In this document: one piece after another, positions 55,950-64,000 of the stretch
How positions within the stretch are numbered: position 1 is the first letter of the stretch
How the letters are laid out: the number at the start of each line of letters is the position of its first letter
Source of the DNA: the human T2T-CHM13v2.0 reference genome, Homo sapiens
Strand: one strand, 5' to 3'
NCBI RefSeq assembly: GCF_009914755.1
Contig: NC_060939.1
Length of the DNA stretch: 64,000 nucleotides
The notes under the pieces: model-generated
What the model saw: only the letters and a program-made list of their open reading frames with translations
Told to the model about the DNA's origin: nothing
Databases searched by the model: none
Position numbers and translations under genes: made by a program

Positions 55950-56370
55950 ACTCCTGTACTCCTGTGAACTGTGTCTCAGTGGAGTAATGATGGCACCATA
56001 GTCCAGCCTGCATGCGTGTTGGCATGAGTGCTCTCTCCTATTCCTACCACTGCACGTGGAGAATGGCTTCATGAAATTCAGCCACTTTGTTCCCCAGACT
56101 CTCAGTTCCATCTTCTCAACTCAGGGTGTTTTCCAGAGTCCGTGCTACACCATATCCTGGAAATTCTCCCCAGGCAGTAACCTGAGGCAATAGTAACCCT
56201 CATATCATTGTTTCACATCTCTCAGATGTCATTGTTAGATGTGCACTGTCTTGCAGTCCATCATTCCAGAAAGATTGTCCATTTTTACATGTGATAAGCC
56301 ATATCTAATCCCAATAAATTTTTCCACAATGTTTTGTTTCATTCTTCCAGCAACTACTCTATCATTACTG
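55950..56370 (-). mobile_element. Old L1M 5'-region fragment
   Basis: CTGGAAATTCTCCCCAGGCAGTAACCTGAGGCAATAG motif typical of L1ME/L1M 5' regions. Confidence 0.6.
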
Positions 56371-56449
56371 TACCACCACCTGTATGGATCTCGTTGCCCA
56401 TATGAAACTGAGTAAGGAACAATGTGCATCACACTCACAGAGAAAGATG

Positions 56450-57470
56450 GACAAGTGAGCTGGCCTTTGTATCACTAAAGGGGAAGTCAGATTGGTGAAT
56501 ATGTAATGTCTGTAGTGTCTCGTTGGGAACATTCACTGTATGTCGATGAATCAAAGATGTAGAAGGATCTAAAAGAATAATATCTCTGTCAAACTACTAT
56601 ACACATAATAGACTTACTTATACTTACTGAAAAAGTCGTTTTAGAATTTTGAATTTACAAGTTTTATTCATATAAAAATGAAAGTAATATTGAAATTAAT
56701 TTATAAATTAAGTCACACATATTTTGGTATTCTGATTATGATTACTCTGAATTAGCTTTTTACCCAGAGCTATAGAAACCTTAACAACACCCTGTGTACA
56801 TGAAGAGATATGGGAAAGCCATACTTTTTCATAAAAAAGAGGCTGTACCATTGTGGGATTTGCACCTTTCTTATTGATACCCATTCTGGTAGTTTTGATG
56901 ATGGTGATCTTATGAGAAGGTGACAATATAAAATTTCAGGATGTATTCATCCATGTGCTGAAAAGTTGAATCATGTCATGGCTAACACAAGCCTAGCAGT
57001 GACAGTGATGAAAAGCAAAAAACAAAACAAAACAAAAAGACTCACACACATAGTAACACATAGTAAAATTGAAGAAATATGGTAATTAATAAAGATTTTG
57101 AAATATTCACCAAAGGAGCCTTATAAATAGAGCTAAATCTTGGTGAACAAGAATATTTTATTTAAACTAAGAGCACAACACTGTCCAAAAGGACCAAAGA
57201 AGTATGGATAAGCCAGGAGGAGCAGGGCCCATGAGAGGGTCTCTAGAGTGGATTGCGGATGGGTAGGCTGGAGAAGAAGCTTGATGGTGGGGGAGGAGTC
57301 AGGGCTCACACCCTGTCATGAGAACAGAAGAAAGCAAAAGAAACATGGTCATCTTCACATTCAAACCTACTTCAAATTGAGAGATAGAGTTTCTTGGGAA
57401 GTAGACAAGATTATAGGTGAGAGGTGTTTGAGAGGCGTTAATCCATTGGTGAAATTCAATATGAAGGAGA
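56450..57470 (+). pseudogene. AGGF1-like processed pseudogene relic, copy E (FHA to G-patch and C-terminus)
   Basis: Ungapped blocks: KSHIFWYSDYD (56710-56742) vs KFHAEIYFDHD; PY-x10-G-x8-HSGS (56819-56893) vs PY-x10-G-x8-HPGS; KLRDR-x15-GVNPLVK vs KARER-x15-GTMPWVK. Gapped anchors: KYG..NKDFE vs KYGLQNTEYE; MGR...DGGG vs MGW...DGGG. A 5' part at about 54100-54300 matches 25660-25860. Confidence 0.68.
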
Positions 57471-57489
57471 ATCTTCTGTGTTACTCATT

Positions 57490-57880
57490 GTCCACTACAT
57501 GTGTGGGGCTCACAGGGGAATGAAATAGACAACGCTTCCAAAATCTCTGATATTTAAACCTAGTGGGGATTCAGAAAACTTAACAGAAACTAAACTGCAA
57601 GTGGAGTAGTTGCCCTTGGGACCTCAGAGGACAGGCATCAGGCCTAGGATGGGAGGGACAAGGGGGGCCTCCAGGAGGAGGATCGTTGGAGGAGATGCTT
57701 GAGAGTGAGGTGCAGTGTGTCTAGCAGACAGGGGAGGGAAAGGGAAGAGAAAAACATGTGTTTGTGGCACAGGCCAGGCCATGAGAAAAGGGTGGTGGAT
57801 TGGAAGGACCACTGGGATCAGTAATGAGGAGGCAGGAGCAGGAAGGGCAGATCACGGAGGGACTAGTAATGATCCAGAGG
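57490..57880 (-). mobile_element. L2 LINE fragment
   Basis: Purine-rich GGCCTCCAGGAGGAGG...GGGAGGGAAAGGG...AACATGTG...GGCACAG pattern. Confidence 0.6.
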
Positions 57881-57971
57881 CAACTTTTCCCCCTGGACAT
57901 ACACATGTTCACATGCCTGTCTCTGCATGTTCTCTTACATGTTCTTTGATATTCTCATACAAACTTCATGA

Positions 57972-58501
<530 letters not shown>

Positions 58502-59988
58502 CCCTTTCATATTTATAGTAATTGTTATCAACCTGAATATTTAGGGGTGGATTGTTTACATTTATGCTTTTAAAACTTAGTAAATAAAATTACTTCACTT
58601 AATATGCCTTTATTGATCATGCTTCAAAGTATCTGCTCTTTTTAAGGGACAGTCACATCTGCAAGCAAGCATTGTGTGAGGGCTATTGTGTTTTCTTTAT
58701 TAATTTTGGATACTTCTATGTTCTGGAAACTATTAAGCTATCAATATTCTTTTAAACAATCTTGTTGCTTTATCTTTTACTTTGCTTTTACTTACCTTGC
58801 AATAGTATGTCTTTTTTGCTGCTTATTTTCCATTTGATTTTCTCTTGTTCTACTTTCCTATGGTGGAAACTTAGATGATGAAATTTGGTCTTTCTTTCAA
58901 ACATATGTATTCAATAGAATCTCATTTAAACTCTACTTGTTACATCCATTAATTTCGTTAAGTTTTTTTCATTGCTATTTGGGTCAAAATATTTTTAATA
59001 AATCTTGAGATATCTTCTTTGGGCCATGTTGTGTATCGAAGTGTGTTGTTTAATCTCCATGTATTTGGGGATATTTCAGTTACCTTTCTGTTACTTACTT
59101 CTAGATTAATTTTCTCTTGGTCTGAGAGCAATCATTGTGTGAGTCCTATTCTTTTAAATTTAATAAGTGGTGTTCTAAGTCCTATAATATGGTCAGTCTT
59201 GCCAGTCTTGCAGAGGCATCCTTATGGGCTGGGGAAATATGTATATTATTCACATTGTTGGAGTTAGTAGTTTAAAGATATAAGTTATATTGAGTTGACT
59301 GATTGTATAGTTGAGTGATAATATGCCCTTGCTTGTATTTTACCTGTTGTATGTGTTGATTCTTGATAGAGAGTGTTGATGTCTCCAACGATAATAGTGG
59401 ACTCATCTCTTTCTTCCTTAGATTCCCCCATCACCTAATTTAACACACTATTTTTAGGCTTATACCTATTGAGGACAGTTATATTTTCTTAGAGAATCAC
59501 CCCTTTTATCCTTAACTTATGCCTGTCTTTTTTCTTCATCATTTTATTTGCTTTAAAGTCTGCTCTGTTGGAAATTAATATATGTACACTTGTTTTCTTT
59601 GATTAATGGAGTATGTTATGTTTATTCTATCTCTTCGTTGTTAATCCATGTGTCTTTATATTTAAATTAGTTTTCTTATGTAGGTGGGCCTTATTTTTAC
59701 ATCTACTCTATCTGTGTTTTTTAACTGGTACCTTAAGAACCCTGACATTCAAAGTGATTATTGATACAGTTGGAATCATATCCACTGTATTTGTTACTAT
59801 CTTCTAGTTCTTGCACTGCCTTTGTTTCTATTTTTAAATGTCATCCAGTCATTTTCTTCCTTTTGTGGTTTTCATTCAGCATTTCATATGATTTCATCTT
59901 TTCTTTCTTAGCATGTAGGACATATTTCTTTTATACTATTTTATTGGTTACCCAAGGTAATAAAAACTTTTATTTTGTATATTCTTAA

Positions 59989-60324
<336 letters not shown>

Positions 60325-61774
60325 CATAACAGCTTGTTTAAAATAAAAATACCAAATACGTATATGATTATATATGCATAAGGTACATATACACATATGT
60401 ATATACATATACATGCATATATGCACAAGTCTTTTTACATGTAAGTGAAATGAAAGGAAAGATACAAGGGACAAAAGAAAAAATACAAGAAAAAGGAGGA
60501 AATAATTAGGAGTATTCTGTTAATACAAGGTTGTCACTCTAATTCTGAAGTGATATACTCCTAAATGAAAGGGGCTTAGATTAGTGCCAACTGTAAATTG
60601 CAACCACCAGGGAAAGCTACTGAAGCAAGGGCATCAGTTCCTTGCTGCCTGTTGGCCTGAGGCTGCATTCAGTTCCTTCCCATGCTGGCTTCTCCCTCAC
60701 GACAGAATGTGCCATCAGAGCCACCAAGGGAGAGGTTTTGCAGCAAGACAGAAGTCACAGTCTTATGTAATATGATCATCCAAGTGACATCCATCACACT
60801 GTAGTATTCGTTTGACTCAAAGCAAGTCTCAGGTTCTCCCTAAATTCACAAGGAAAGGATTAGCATGCCAGGTTGTGTACACCAAGTCGTGAGGATCACT
60901 GCGCACCATCTTAGAGCCTGCCTCCAACATTAGGTCCTGCCCAATCTGTAACAGTCGCTCAATCTTCACTTCTTTTGCTGACCTTGGCCTTTGTGAGAAC
61001 AGGTCACATATTTTGTACAATGTATCACAGTCTGGATTTCTCTGAAGTTTTCTCATAATTTTGTTGAGCAGTATAGACAGACAGAAACACATTATTATCT
61101 ACTTGTGAAACAAGAAACACCGAACAAGATATTATTTGCAAATGCAAAGTTAGAGAAAAAAACTTAAAAAGAACAATTTGTGAATGGCAAAATGAAAAAT
61201 TAAAATAATAGTAACCTTCACTGGGATAAAATAAAAAGAAGAGGATGGAAATGGGAGATGCATACATGGGACGCAACAATATTGATAATCTTCTACTTAT
61301 TAAACTCAATGGTGTACTTTAAAAAAATCTATTTTAGAATAGTTTTGGATTTTCAGAATGGTTAGAAATAAATACAGTGAGTTTATTTATACCCAACACA
61401 CAGTTTCTCTTTTATTTAATTCTTACATTAGTATGGGACATTTGTCACAATTAACGAATCAATATTGTATATTATAATTCATTAACATCCACGATTAATC
61501 AGATGTCCTTTTTTCACGTAATATACATATTCTGTTCCAGGATTGTGTTCAGGACACCACACATTTAGGTATTGTGTACTCCTTTTGGGCGTGCCAGTTT
61601 CTCAGATTTTTCTTGTTTCTAATGTCATTGAAATCCCTCCTTTGGGATTCATCTGATGTTTCACTCATGATTAGATGGCTGTTCTGGGGTTTGTGGAGGA
61701 AGACCACTAAAGGAAAGTTTTATTCTCATGAAATTATAACAGGGTTATATATTATGGGCATGCAGTATCACTTA

Positions 61775-61780
61775 CTTCTT

Positions 61781-61818
<38 letters not shown>

Positions 61819-62160
61819 TGTCTCTCTCTCTCTGTCTCTCTCTCTCTGTCTCTCTCTCTCTCTCTTCTTTCCCTCCCTCCCTCCCTTCCTTCCTTCCTTC
61901 TTCCTTTCCACACAGTCTCTCTCTGTTGCCCAGGCTGGAGTGCAGTGGCGCAATCTCGGCTCACTGCAACCTCCGCCTCCTGCCTCAGCCTCCCAAGTAG
62001 CTGGGACTACAGGCATGTGCCACCACACATGGCTAATACATTTTTATTTTTTTGTAGAGATATAATGTCCCTATTTCCCAGCCTGGTTTCCAAGTCCTGG
62101 CTTCAAATATTTCTTTCACCTTGGCCTCCCAAGGTGCTGGGATTACAGTGACCCAGCCAC
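61775..62160 (-). mobile_element. AluJ/S with (TC)n/(TTCC)n head
   Basis: CT-rich repeat 61775-61908 followed by an internally deleted reverse Alu. Confidence 0.88.
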
Positions 62161-62578
62161 TTTATCACTGCTAATGTTAGTTTTATTATCTGGATGAAGT
62201 AGTTCAGTTTGGTTTTCTCTACTACAAAAGTAATGATTCTTCTCCCTCTTCATGATGTACTTGTTTGAAAAAAGTCACTATGAAAAGCACATACTTAAGA
62301 AGTAGAGAATTATCCTCCATCTCTGTAAGGGCAGAACTCTTGTAAATACCATTTGTATTTCTTAAACAATTTTTAATGTTCTTTTGGCTGTCCTGGATCA
62401 ATTGCATTTTCCTATGCATTTTTAAATCAGTGATCCAATTATTTCAGAAAATAAAGAAAAAGTGCGAGCTAGAATTTCCGCAGGGACTATATTGAATCTG
62501 CAGATACATTTGGAAAGTATTAGCATCTTGGTTAATACTTAATAGCATTCTGATCAATGAAAATCTAATGTTTTTTCA

Positions 62579-62831
62579 TTTATTTAGGATTTCTTTCTTT
62601 AATACAATATCTTTTTAAATTTTCAGTGTATAAATCTTGCAGTTGTTATGTTAAATTTATTTCTTTATTTAGGATTTCCTTAATACTTCAATGTCTCTTT
62701 AAATTTTCAGTGTATATATCTTACAGTTGTAATGTTAAATTTATTTTTTATTTAGAATTTCTTTAATACTTCAATATCTTTTTAAATTTTCACTGTATAT
62801 ATCTTGCAGTTGTTATGTTAAATTTATTTTC
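62579..62831. repeat. Three-copy tandem repeat, period 83-85 bp
   Basis: Units start TTTATTTAG(G/A)ATTTC at 62579, 62664 and 62747. Confidence 0.93.
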
Positions 62832-64000
62832 AAATGTATTTCCTTTCTGGTGCTATATTAAATGAAATCATTTTCTGAGTTTTATTTTTTGATTCATTTG
62901 TATTGTGTTAGACCACAATTTTTTACACTGATCTTGCATGCTAATGCATTACTGAACTTTTTGTTTTTGTTGTTATTTCAACCTTATTTTAGTGGATTCC
63001 TTAAGATTTTCCATACACTAGATTATGTGACTGGCCAATAGAGATAGTTTGACTTCTTCCTTTTCAATCTGGAAGACTTATATTATTTTCCTAGCCTAAT
63101 TTTCTCAATTACATCCTCAGGCATAATGTTTAATAGAATTCGCAGGAGTCAATAACCGTTTTGTGTTTCTAATCTTGGGGAAATTACTGAAACTTACTTG
63201 ATACCTTGTGGTGTTATGTGAGAGTTTCATAGATGCCCTTTTTAGATAAAGAACATTCCCTTCTATGCAAAACTTAATGAGTATTTTTACTGTGAGTGGG
63301 TGTTGGACTTGGATTTGTCAAGTGCTTATTCTGCATCTTTAGACGTGATGAGGCTTTCATCATATAGTGTTTTTTTTAATGTAGTGTATTACACTAATTC
63401 TTTTATATGCTTTACCAAATTTGTGATCCTCAGTAAATAAATACCCTTGGTATTAGTATACAATCCTGTTTCATGATCCTGACTTATGTTGAAAGTATTT
63501 CATTTAGGATTATTGCCTGGGTATCCATAAAGCATATTATAGTTTTCCTTTTTTGGACTGTCTTTTTCTGGTTGTGGCATCAGAGGAAACGGCTTCATAG
63601 AATGCACTGCACACTGATCTCTTCTCTGTGGTTTATATTTTCGTGGAGAACAGTTAGTGAAGAATTGCTATTGATATTTTAAAGGTTTGGAATAATTCAC
63701 TGTCGAAGTCTTCTTGAGCTGAGCAGTCATGTGAGCTTGGAAGATGATCCCTCTCCAGCTGATCCTTCAGCTCAGGCCATCATCTACATCTGGATTCCTG
63801 ACCCGGAGAAACTATGAGTAATGTGTGCTGCTTTTGAGCCACTAAGCTACATGGTAATAGGCTATGCTTCAATAAACAATAATACACTTGATGATAAATG
63901 TAATATGTTATTCTGAATTAGATCCAAAAACAGAAAAATGGAATTAGTGGAAAACCTGGTAAAATATGAAGACAGACAATACTTTAGTTAATAGTTTTGT

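Noticed and set aside
56235-56438. ORF with PYSV...RDPYRWW resembling C2orf69 PYQVRDPMRSW
   Set aside because: Single short gapped match that partly overlaps an L1M fragment.

Overview
Repeat-dense primate (human-like) non-coding DNA with no intact protein-coding gene; almost all listed ORFs are Alu, L1, ERV or simple-repeat read-through. It contains about 17 Alus, old and young L1s, L2, MaLR elements, several solo LTRs (LTR10C-, MER11-, MER66-, LTR47-, MER72/LTR39-like) and three decayed proviruses (MER4-group, ERVL, and a gag-pro-pol-env ERV1). Beneath these lies an ancient head-to-tail tandem array of a roughly 9-10 kb unit, with 4 clear scaffold copies and 5 gene-relic copies at about 65-75% mutual identity by eye. 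Each unit is an L1M/MLT1 scaffold followed on the + strand by an FRG2-like gene relic and an AGGF1-like processed pseudogene. The FRG2/AGGF1 calls and all repeat subfamily names come from by-eye comparison with sequences recalled from memory, not from a database search. The combination suggests a pericentromeric or subtelomeric FRG2/AGGF1P duplicon such as human 16p11 (inference).
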